Below, piece after piece: positions 36,927 through 45,446 of a DNA stretch of 64,000 bases. Each line of letters starts with the position of its first letter. Within the stretch, counting starts at the first letter, position 1. A program made the translations under genes and the position numbers. The notes below the pieces were generated by a model. The model saw only the letters and a program-made list of their open reading frames with translations. It was not told the origin of the DNA and searched no databases. The stretch is from an uncultured Clostridia bacterium (GTDB taxonomy: Bacteria > Bacillota > Clostridia > JAAYHZ01), in assembly GCA_937894465.1 (NCBI GenBank), contig CALCRE010000133.1:2772-66771 (forward strand). The letters are read 5' to 3'.

Positions 36927-38051
36927 TTAAAATTCCATCAGTTTCGGTTTATATTCGTCCGGTAGTTCTTCTTCGCTTAAGAATTTGAAATCATCATCAT
37001 TTAAAATCGGAATAAACACTTCATATGGAATTTCGGAAAATTCACAGGCATACATATTAGCACCAAACCACATACCTTCTTTGTTGCTCAAGTTTAATCC
37101 TCTGGCAAACTTTGTGAAGTTCGAGCAATCATGAACAACCAAATCCCAGTTTTCTTCATCGGCGATCTTCATGAATTTCAAAGATAATTCCCTGCTCCAA
37201 ACAGGAGATATATAGCCTTGTCTGCAAATATACATATTCTCACCGAAATAATTGTATATATTATTTTCGTTCAAATGCAATTCCGCACAATTGATAAAAT
37301 CGAGTTTGGTTTCTAATATCTTTTGCTTTTTCTTGAAAAATGTTTTAAAAAACTCCGGTGTCATAGGCGTTTCAATACCGACGCTTTTAATATATTTTTT
37401 AGCGATGCCAATGTTTTCAATCACTTGGTCCGAACAATTTGTTGCACCTAAGTTAAAGCGTAATTCATTCAGACCGGCTTGGCCTAATGCTTTCAAATTC
37501 TCTTCGGTAGCCAAAGTTCCATTGGTGTACAAATGTTGATGAATTTTCTCATCACTGAACTTTTTTATAACCGGATAATATTTTTCAATCTCCATGAAGG
37601 GTTCCAAATAAACGTAGGAGATACCGGTTGGCTTTTGATGAATGGAAAGAAGCAAATCAATATCCTTCTCATAAAATTTGCTACCACCGATCTCCCACAT
37701 ACCTTCACCTACCGGAGAGATATTCTCCAGTTCACCGTAGTTATAGCAGAACTTACAATTTAAATTACATTTATTGGTTTTCCTGATTGCACTCAAACCG
37801 GTGCCCAACAGACACGAACAACAGCCTTTGGGGAATTTGTTATCGTTCCCTATATAATATGTTCTATTCTTCAAGGTTTTTAAACCCTTTATTTCCGACA
37901 TTAATTGTTCATTTCTATGATCGATGGCTTCCTCAATTTGTGTAAAGACAGAGTAAATAATTTCTTCATGTTTTGAATTAATCTCTTCATCTTCAGACAA
38001 TTGTGATAAATAATCAAACCATATCAATGCATCATTCTTTGAAATTTTCAT
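36927..38051 (-). CDS. radical SAM protein, unassigned subfamily
   Basis: 374-aa ORF with the CxxxCxxC motif CNLNCKFCY. An additional CCSC cluster lies 15-20 residues upstream. Confidence 0.7.
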   Translation of the reverse strand: MKISKNDALIWFDYLSQLSEDEEINSKHEEIIYSVFTQIEEAIDHRNEQLMSEIKGLKTLKNRTYYIGNDNKFPKGCCSCLLGTGLSAIRKTNKCNLNCKFCYNYGELENISPVGEGMWEIGGSKFYEKDIDLLLSIHQKPTGISYVYLEPFMEIEKYYPVIKKFSDEKIHQHLYTNGTLATEENLKALGQAGLNELRFNLGATNCSDQVIENIGIAKKYIKSVGIETPMTPEFFKTFFKKKQKILETKLDFINCAELHLNENNIYNYFGENMYICRQGYISPVWSRELSLKFMKIADEENWDLVVHDCSNFTKFARGLNLSNKEGMWFGANMYACEFSEIPYEVFIPILNDDDFKFLSEEELPDEYKPKLMEF

Positions 38052-38434
38052 ATAGTTTATCTTCTTTTCTCCTGTGATATCGGTCTTTATTATATATCCT
38101 CACCGATTTCCTGTCCATTTTTATTTTCAATCAGCCCGATCAGGTGAAACCCACTGAAAATGCATGAACATTTCTACACAAAAGGCATGCAATAGACATT
38201 ACTTTATACACCTGTCTTCTTTTAATTTACATACCAATCATAAAGGCTTCATTCAATATAATTTTCTCCATAACAAGCTTTGATCCCCTTTAACTCCAGG
38301 CCTGTACGTAGCTGACTGTTATAGGTGATGTCTGACATAAAAGACCAATCACAACCAACGAAAATAAGGTTTCCAAAGATAATGTATATCCTATGCTCGC
38401 TTCAAAGGCTGTTGGCTTGATCTTCGGTTGACAC

Positions 38435-38472
38435 AAAAAAACACCAATCAAGAGGCGTTCTCTTCATTGGTG
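38435..38472 (-). terminator. rho-independent terminator of the ATPase-copZ operon
   Basis: The minus strand reads CACCAAT-gaagagaacgcctcttg-ATTGGTG followed by TTTTTTT. Confidence 0.75.
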
Positions 38473-38502
38473 CTTCATCTGTCATTTGAATCATCTTCCA
38501 AT

Positions 38503-38736
38503 TTATTTGGCTTTGACTTGAGTTTTTAAAACTTCGTACCCAAGTGTAGTAATAGCCTTTTCAACGTCTTCAACGGATACCTTTCCTTCATCAAAGTCAA
38601 ATTTGACTTTGCTTGAGTTAAACATCACCTTGACGCTTTCTTTTTCCACACCGTCCAACGACTTTGTTGCGTTTTCAATCTTCATGGCACATGACGGACA
38701 TGTTAATGTTTCTAATTGAATGGTTGCTTTTTGCAT
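38503..38736 (-). CDS. copZ: heavy-metal-associated (HMA) metallochaperone, CopZ-like
   Basis: 77-aa ORF with the LTCPSCAMKIE (CxxC) motif and a ferredoxin-like HMA fold pattern. Confidence 0.85.
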   Translation of the reverse strand: MQKATIQLETLTCPSCAMKIENATKSLDGVEKESVKVMFNSSKVKFDFDEGKVSVEDVEKAITTLGYEVLKTQVKAK

Positions 38737-38773
38737 ATATTTTACTCCTTTTCATAATGATTTTTTGCACTTT

Positions 38774-40627
38774 CTAATATCTTAATCTGTAACGAAGCAG
38801 TCTCATACCGTTTAAAATGACCACCAATATACTCCCTTCGTGTACTAACATCCCTATTGACATATTCATCCACTCACTAAAGAATACACTTGCCAGTAGA
38901 ACCAACACAACTCCTACTGCAATCCAAATGTTTTGGCGCATGTTCCTAGCCGTTGCCTTTGTTAAGCCTAGTGCATGAGGTAAGCGACTAAAGTCTGAAT
39001 TCATCAATACGACATCCGATGTTTCAATGGCCACATCCGTACCGCTTCCCATTGCAATCCCTATTTGTGCCAAAGCCAGTGAAGGGCTGTCATTTACACC
39101 GTCTCCGACGAATGCAACAATGTGACCTTTAGAGATCAAGTCCCCAATATAGGCTGATTTATTTTCCGGTAACATATGTCCGTGAGCCTCTGTCAATCCT
39201 AACTCTTGAGCAACCAAGTCAACCGTTCCTTGGTTGTCTCCGGATAATACCACCAAGTTCTTAACACCAAGCCTTTTCAACCTTTGAAGATCCGCCTTAA
39301 CACCCGGACGTATTTGGTCACGAATGCCCATTAACACTTTGAGTTCGCCGTCTACTGCCGTCAGAACCAAAGAGTTACCTTTCTTTTCGAATTGAGCAAT
39401 ATCTGCACGGGCTTTTTCATCCATACGAACATTTTCTTGCTCCATCAGTGCAACATTGCCAACGGCCACTCTATGTCCGGCTACTTGAGCCACAATTCCG
39501 CCGCCTTTTACAACATCCGTTTTTTCAACGGTATATAATTCAACATCTCCAATATATTCTACCACAGCTTTGGCCAATGGATGATCCGATTCTCTTTCAA
39601 CACTAGCAAGATAACCTAATACTTCATCAACGTTATCAATGTAGACTTCTTTATCTGCTACTTTGGGATTGCCCACTGTCAATGTACCTGTCTTGTCAAA
39701 CACGATAGTGTCCACTTTACTAAAATCATGAATTACTTCACTACCTTTTAAAAGAACACCATGTCGTGCACCATTGCCAATTCCTGCTACATTTGAAACC
39801 GGTACGCCGATGACCAGTGCTCCCGGGCATCCTAAAACCAATATGGTTATGGCAAGTTCAATGTCTTTTGAGAATATCCAAACAATGATCGCAAGAACTA
39901 AAACCGCCGGAGTATAGTATTTAGAAAACCTATCAATGAATCGTTCCGCTTCTGATTTTGAATCTTGTGCCTCTTCAACCAACTCAATGATTTTACCGAA
40001 TGTAGTATCTTCTCCTACGCGATCTGCTACAATTTGAATGGTTCCGTTTTCTAAAATGGTTCCGGCATATACACCTGAATCTTTCTTTTTACTTACCGGA
40101 ACAGACTCGCCGGTGATGCTTGCTTCATTAATATGACCGTCACCTGATAATACTGTTCCGTCTACAGGAACTTTGGCACCGGTTTTAACAAGTAGAATAT
40201 CGCCTACATCAACTTCATCGACTTCTACTTCTACAAACTCGCCGTTTTCCATTTGTTTCAAAGCACTCTCAGGAGCCATTTCGGTCAGTTCCTTAATTGC
40301 AGAGCGAGTTTTGTTCAGTGTACGTTGTTCCAAATAGGCTCCAAATAAGAACAAAAATGTAACAATAGCCGATTCTTCAAGGTTCTTAATGAAGAATGCT
40401 CCGACAACAGCAATGGTAACTAAAACATCGATACTAACCACTTTAACTCTTAATGCTTGATATGCTTGGATTGCAATAGGCGCAACCCCTAAGATCGAGG
40501 CGATCGCAAAAGCCCAAACGGCTACCGTTTCATTTTTAAATCCTAATTCGAAGGTAAACCCTATAACGATTAGAATCGCACTGATCACTGTTATATTATT
40601 TTTCTTACTTAGTATAAATCTCTGCAT
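38774..40627 (-). CDS. P1B-type heavy-metal-translocating ATPase lacking an N-terminal metal-binding domain; non-canonical CPG transmembrane motif
   Basis: 617-aa ORF with TGES, DKTGTLT, SDHPLA and GDGVNDSP. The TM metal motif reads GCPGALV rather than CPC, CPH or SPC. The ORF begins directly with TM helices. Confidence 0.85.
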   Translation of the reverse strand: MQRFILSKKNNITVISAILIVIGFTFELGFKNETVAVWAFAIASILGVAPIAIQAYQALRVKVVSIDVLVTIAVVGAFFIKNLEESAIVTFLFLFGAYLEQRTLNKTRSAIKELTEMAPESALKQMENGEFVEVEVDEVDVGDILLVKTGAKVPVDGTVLSGDGHINEASITGESVPVSKKKDSGVYAGTILENGTIQIVADRVGEDTTFGKIIELVEEAQDSKSEAERFIDRFSKYYTPAVLVLAIIVWIFSKDIELAITILVLGCPGALVIGVPVSNVAGIGNGARHGVLLKGSEVIHDFSKVDTIVFDKTGTLTVGNPKVADKEVYIDNVDEVLGYLASVERESDHPLAKAVVEYIGDVELYTVEKTDVVKGGGIVAQVAGHRVAVGNVALMEQENVRMDEKARADIAQFEKKGNSLVLTAVDGELKVLMGIRDQIRPGVKADLQRLKRLGVKNLVVLSGDNQGTVDLVAQELGLTEAHGHMLPENKSAYIGDLISKGHIVAFVGDGVNDSPSLALAQIGIAMGSGTDVAIETSDVVLMNSDFSRLPHALGLTKATARNMRQNIWIAVGVVLVLLASVFFSEWMNMSIGMLVHEGSILVVILNGMRLLRYRLRY

Positions 40628-40664
40628 TTAATTCACTTCCCTTCTTTGTGATAAAAGAATCATG

Positions 40665-40967
40665 CTATGCGTGATAAGCTCTATCTATTTCGCTTAACAT
40701 ATTGTAAACAGCTTCATAGCTTTCACATACGTCCCCCGGAACGGTATAGTTATTTGTAACGTCACGCAATCTTGTAAATTCTTCATTTAATTCTGGATTA
40801 TTTGTTCCTGAGTCTTTTGTTTTCTCATGGATTGTATCAAATAACTTTTTAACCTCATGAAATTCCGGATGACTACCTCCATGTACCCGTGCTACAATCG
40901 GTACATATTGCCCTAATGTCTTAAAAATCTTTTCATTAGCTTTCTTAAACGATACTTGTTTTGTCAT
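40665..40967 (-). CDS. small cytoplasmic protein with a hemerythrin/Ric-like His motif (tentative)
   Basis: The start is chosen at MTKQVSF (40967), with AGAGGGAAG upstream. The stretch ARVHGGSHPEFHEV resembles the di-iron hemerythrin-like motif of ScdA/YtfE proteins. Assignment is from memory only. Confidence 0.4.
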   Translation of the reverse strand: MTKQVSFKKANEKIFKTLGQYVPIVARVHGGSHPEFHEVKKLFDTIHEKTKDSGTNNPELNEEFTRLRDVTNNYTVPGDVCESYEAVYNMLSEIDRAYHA

Positions 40968-41030
40968 AATACTTCCCTCTTTCATCAATTTTTTGCCTAT
41001 GGTTAGCATACTATGGTTCAGAAAAAAATA

Positions 41031-41048
41031 ATTTGACGCAGGTCAAAT
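41031..41048. promoter_or_regulatory. perfect inverted repeat ATTTGAC-N4-GTCAAAT (Crp/Fnr-type site candidate)
   Basis: Read directly from the sequence. Its centre lies 26 nt upstream of a TAGTAT -10 candidate on the minus strand. That places it near -40, the class II activator position. Confidence 0.5.
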
Positions 41049-41499
41049 TTAAAAAGTTTTTATCTTTTTTTGTTTATTCACACTTTCGACTCATACCATA
41101 GGTATATCTACATGTGCAATATAGTTTCTCCCCTTAGGACCATTTCCGTTAGCATCTCATGTAATCTTGGAATTTCGCCGATTAATAAGGAGATTCCATA
41201 TCCCGCATACCCCAAAGGTCGGCAGATTCCATCATTAATTTGTTGATCTTATATCAGACATAATTGATAATCACAATCTTTGAACCTATAAGGTGCTTCC
41301 GAAAACCGGCATACATATGTCACATTGTTTCCACAATTCGTTGGATTACACTCGATCATCATACGATCAATATGCTTCCGGTTTTCCTCCTACAATCATA
41401 AAGCGTTTAGAAATATTTCTGAGACGGCTTTTCCAACCACATCGCAACCATAGGGTATACTACCGCCAAACAAAATTAACAGGTCAGCCTGTGGAATTG

Positions 41500-42252
41500 T
41501 TAAAAGCCTTGGCTTTCTAACCAATCAGACAACTTTTTCTCACGTAATGATCTTTTCTCGCTATTATCCTCATATTTTCCTAAATTCAGTTGGTCTTTTA
41601 TGTTTCCGTCAATCAAATAGATCACCTTACTTGCTCTGGCGGCAACTTTCATATCGTGTGTGACGATAATAACGGTGGTTCCTTCTGCATTGATTAAATT
41701 GATGATATCCATCACTTCCCGTGTGGTACTGCTGTTCAGTGCTCCGGTCGGTTCATCTCCGAACAAAATATCCGGCTTATTGATCAATGCTCGGCAAATT
41801 GCTGCGCGTTGTAATTGCCCACCTGAAACCTTCTTAATATCATGGGTTGCTATATTTGTTATCCCTGTCTTTTTCATTAATGCATCTGCATTTTGATTGA
41901 CCTGCTCTCGAGGCAGTGTACCTGCTTTAAATCCGGGAAGTACGATATTGTCCCGTATGGACATGTTTTTTAATAAATAGGAGTGTTGAAAAATAAAGCC
42001 CATCTGTCTTAACCTGACTTCACTCATCTTTTCATCCGGCAGCTTTGTAATTTCTTTACCACAGAGTACCACCTCCCCAAAAGTTGGTCTGTCCATTCCG
42101 CTTATGCAATAAAGAAGAGTTGATTTACCGGAACCGGATGGACCCATAACGGCTGTAAACTCGCCTTCTTCAACCTTAAAGCTTATATCATTTAACACCT
42201 TGGCATCTTCATAAACCTTGCTTAAATTTTTTACTTCTATTATTGTATTCAT
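41500..42252 (-). CDS. ABC transporter ATP-binding protein (MacB/LolD-like)
   Basis: 250-aa ORF with Walker A GPSGSGKST, signature VSGGQLQR and Walker B ILFGDEPT. Confidence 0.9.
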   Translation of the reverse strand: MNTIIEVKNLSKVYEDAKVLNDISFKVEEGEFTAVMGPSGSGKSTLLYCISGMDRPTFGEVVLCGKEITKLPDEKMSEVRLRQMGFIFQHSYLLKNMSIRDNIVLPGFKAGTLPREQVNQNADALMKKTGITNIATHDIKKVSGGQLQRAAICRALINKPDILFGDEPTGALNSSTTREVMDIINLINAEGTTVIIVTHDMKVAARASKVIYLIDGNIKDQLNLGKYEDNSEKRSLREKKLSDWLESQGF

Positions 42253-42276
42253 TTTTCACCTTCCGAGTGACTTATT

Positions 42277-44625
42277 CTATATAATTGAAATGATATTATA
42301 TTTTTTAATCGTTCTCATCACCAATCGTGTTACTAGTATGATGAGGCATATCAATAACAAAGGAACAAAAAGATATTGCATGAGAGGATTGGTAATCAGG
42401 TGAACTTTTTTAACACCTAAACCTGCCGTTCCCAATGCAACGTTGACAATCTTTTCACCTAAGAGACCTGTTGCAATGGTGCCTGCTAAAATGCCAAGCA
42501 TTGAAGCAAACCCGACTTTTATCATGTACTGCCTATTCAAATCTTTACCGGAAAACCCGATTGCCTTAAGAACTGCGGTTTCGGATAAATCTTTTACAAG
42601 TCGAAGCTTCAAAAACAAAACTGTGATGAGCATTGCCAGGCATGCACCGATAATCACAATCGAAAAAACAATTGTTTTAAGCTGCCTTGAAACTCCTCCG
42701 AGAGTCTGGTCAATAAATTCTTCCATAGGATCTACCGTTATCCCTGCCCCAAGCATACTCGCCCACTCAACGGCTTTGTTTTTCACATGAGCATTTTCAA
42801 TGAGATTCACTGAGAGTGAGTATTTGTGAGGAGCTATACCGGTAAAATCATATTTTGACTTGGCAGTCTTTCCACCGCTGGTAACATCTTGGTATACCCC
42901 CGATACTGTAAATTTCACCTTACTACCGTCCATTAAAAGATCAACAGTGCTCCCGGTCTCCAATCCCATTTCATCTGCATTGATGAAGGAAATAGCCAAC
43001 TCCCTTTCTCCTTGTGGAGCCCCACCGGTAAGATACTGCAATTCATTTCCTGCATTAAAACCGACATCAATATCAATATTCATCAGCTGATTGGATGAAT
43101 CTGTTGTTTTTATCCGAATGGTACGGTATTCATGGTAGTTTTCTACGGAAGGATCTTTTTCAATCAGTTGTTTAACCTTATGGTAATTTAGATCAAGATT
43201 TTCTCCGGTTTCCACTTCAATGAGGATATCTTCCAATGAACTCCCCATATATGTAATAAAATCAGGTGCTTCAAAAGTGTTCAATAAATTTACAGGAACC
43301 ATAATCATTAACACAACGATTAACATGACGATAAAAACGACTGCCCAGTTCTTAAACTTATAGAATACCTCTCGGAATGCTACCAATAGATTAACAGGAA
43401 GTTTTTTTGATCTATGTAATCCGTCTTTTATTGCTCCCGTGCTTTTTTCGAAACCTTTCCCACTGACTAGTGCATCAACTACTGAAAGATTCCGAATTCT
43501 CTTCAGTATCTTTTTGCAATAGTGGATGATCAGCAGATAAACAATAAAGGCAACGGATAATGACAACAGGATTGCCAAGAAGGACAAACCACCATTTCCA
43601 AACGTGGTGCTGATATGATTTGTGACAGCATTACTGCTGATAAATGCAATGATCGATCCTAATGTGACACCCATCAAAGCCAGCACTTTGTACTTATTAA
43701 GGTATAGATCTCTTATGTCTGAAAAGAGAAGCCCGATGGCTTTCATGGTACCGATTTCCCGGACCTCTTCTTCTAATGCAGCCATAATGGTAAACTTCAC
43801 ACATATAAAAGAAACAATGATTAATAGCACACTCACCAAAAACAAAACAAACACTGTAACAATATCTGTCATTGCGCTCAGCAAAAATATCATGGTATAG
43901 GTCACTCCTTGACCATTGACGGGAAGGCCTGCATTTTCATAAGCGGTTCGAAAAGCAGAGGCATCGTTTTTATCTGTGAAATAGGCTTGTATTAAGTATT
44001 CAAGCTCTCCGACTTTTCCATACAGCTTGTCAAAATCCGTATTGCTTAAGAGCATTCTAGTAGAAGATGCCATTGTGGAATTCATCAAAGAATCCAGAAC
44101 AAATTCCTTTATGACAAACTCCATTTTGACATCATTATGCACTAAAATAACCTTGTCACCGATATTCATAGGAAACATTCCCTTTAAAATGACAGGAATG
44201 CCTATCTCACCTTCATGGAGATTGACTATTTCATGATTGGAATTCAACAGTAAATCCTTCTCTTTATTTTGCTTTACCAAACCTATGTCAAGGCGGAGGT
44301 CGGACAGGTTATAGGTTCCTTTCTCACCGATTACGGTAAGATTCTCTCCATATATGTCAATCATCGTTACCGTTTGGTTGTATGTAACAAATTCATGATC
44401 CACCATAAATTTATTGACGAGTTCCTCATTCAGATCTCCTTTGTGCATTTGAAGAAAATGAGGCGGTTGAGCCGTTTCATATAAAGCGCGAATGGATGTG
44501 AACGTTTGCACAGCCATCAACATTGAGGACACTGCCAGAATTACCGAAAATATCATAAATAGCAGCAAAGCCAAGTTAATCGATTGATTTGTCTTAAAAT
44601 CATTTTTTAGGGTGAACCAATTCAT
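42277..44625 (-). CDS. ABC transporter permease with two FtsX-type domains
   Basis: 782-aa ORF with two 4-TM FtsX-like modules separated by large extracytoplasmic loops. It lies adjacent to its ATPase. Confidence 0.8.
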   Translation of the reverse strand: MNWFTLKNDFKTNQSINLALLLFMIFSVILAVSSMLMAVQTFTSIRALYETAQPPHFLQMHKGDLNEELVNKFMVDHEFVTYNQTVTMIDIYGENLTVIGEKGTYNLSDLRLDIGLVKQNKEKDLLLNSNHEIVNLHEGEIGIPVILKGMFPMNIGDKVILVHNDVKMEFVIKEFVLDSLMNSTMASSTRMLLSNTDFDKLYGKVGELEYLIQAYFTDKNDASAFRTAYENAGLPVNGQGVTYTMIFLLSAMTDIVTVFVLFLVSVLLIIVSFICVKFTIMAALEEEVREIGTMKAIGLLFSDIRDLYLNKYKVLALMGVTLGSIIAFISSNAVTNHISTTFGNGGLSFLAILLSLSVAFIVYLLIIHYCKKILKRIRNLSVVDALVSGKGFEKSTGAIKDGLHRSKKLPVNLLVAFREVFYKFKNWAVVFIVMLIVVLMIMVPVNLLNTFEAPDFITYMGSSLEDILIEVETGENLDLNYHKVKQLIEKDPSVENYHEYRTIRIKTTDSSNQLMNIDIDVGFNAGNELQYLTGGAPQGERELAISFINADEMGLETGSTVDLLMDGSKVKFTVSGVYQDVTSGGKTAKSKYDFTGIAPHKYSLSVNLIENAHVKNKAVEWASMLGAGITVDPMEEFIDQTLGGVSRQLKTIVFSIVIIGACLAMLITVLFLKLRLVKDLSETAVLKAIGFSGKDLNRQYMIKVGFASMLGILAGTIATGLLGEKIVNVALGTAGLGVKKVHLITNPLMQYLFVPLLLICLIILVTRLVMRTIKKYNIISII

Positions 44626-44641
44626 ATGTTTGACCCCTTTC

Positions 44642-45268
44642 TTATTCTTGATTACGCATAAATAAGTTCATAAAACTATCTTCAGGAACCTCCAACATTT
44701 TCTCGAGGACTGAGATCAATACAGCCATCACCTTCAATTGATCCTCAGCGTCCAAGTTAAAAATACCATCATCCGTTAAGGTTAATGCCGAAGCTAGAAA
44801 AATCTGCATATACTGCTGAGGATATCTACACATCCAAACCTTCTTTTGGATTCCTTCTTCCACAATCTTCACCAAATAAGGGGTCATTGCTTCAACCATT
44901 TGATTTAAAACTTTTTGATGCAATAACGCGTTCTCAGCTTTATGGATTTCCTCCATCATACTGTCTCCAACCTGTTGATGAACCTGCATAGACATAAATG
45001 CACCCAGCAGCTTTTCCTCCGGACTAATATTTTGATCTTCGAGGATTTCATGAACCCTGTTGATGACAACCTCAGTGTAACGATTGACAATCTCATCCAA
45101 AACTTCTTGTTTCGATTTAAAATAATAATAAAACGTACCTTTTGCAATGGAAACCTCTTTCAATATGTCATTAACGGTACAATTCTCATATCCTTTTGTA
45201 TTAAAAAGTCTTTCAGCCGAATCTAGGATTTCTTTTTTCCTTTCATCGTATTCTTTAATCACTCTCAT
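44642..45268 (-). CDS. TetR/AcrR-family transcriptional regulator
   Basis: HTH VNDILKEVSIAKGTFYYYFKSKQEVL. The ATG at 45268 has GGTGA 5 nt upstream; the track ORF starts 12 nt earlier at a GTG. Confidence 0.85.
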   Translation of the reverse strand: MRVIKEYDERKKEILDSAERLFNTKGYENCTVNDILKEVSIAKGTFYYYFKSKQEVLDEIVNRYTEVVINRVHEILEDQNISPEEKLLGAFMSMQVHQQVGDSMMEEIHKAENALLHQKVLNQMVEAMTPYLVKIVEEGIQKKVWMCRYPQQYMQIFLASALTLTDDGIFNLDAEDQLKVMAVLISVLEKMLEVPEDSFMNLFMRNQE

Positions 45269-45446
45269 AATAATCACCAACCCAATTTCTATTCCGACTG
45301 ACCGTCGGTCTATAAGGAATTATACGCCGACTGATGCCATTGTCAATCATATTTTTATCTTCTAATGTATTTCTAATAATTCTCATGAGATTAACGTTAA
45401 TATAATATGATAGAGATCCTATAAAGCTCCGAAAAAGCTTTGATTT

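Noticed and set aside
41108-41362. Cys-rich small reading frame MMIECNPTNCGNNVTYVCRFSEAPYRFKDCDYQLCLI-TAA-DQQINDGICRPLGYAGYG... in the 490-bp gap upstream of the metal operon.
   Set aside because: The only Shine-Dalgarno-like AGGAGG is 23 nt from the ATG, and the frame is interrupted by an in-frame TAA. I recognise no family; the resemblance to DUF1540-type Cys spacing is only vague. It could be another relic, but the evidence is too thin to annotate.
41410-41440. A CTGAGA motif in an intergenic region, briefly considered as a TPP-riboswitch core.
   Set aside because: None of the other conserved TPP elements or helices is present. It is on the wrong strand relative to the neighbouring genes, and no thiamine-related gene follows.
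45281-45446. Short inverted repeat CCGAC-tgacc-GTCGG and a repeated CCGACTGA upstream of the TetR gene, considered as its operator. An AAAGCT...AGCTTT hairpin after the GGDEF gene was also considered.
   Set aside because: The stems are only 5-6 bp, with no clear relation to a promoter and no U-tract on the relevant strand. Both are plausible, but too weak to list as features.
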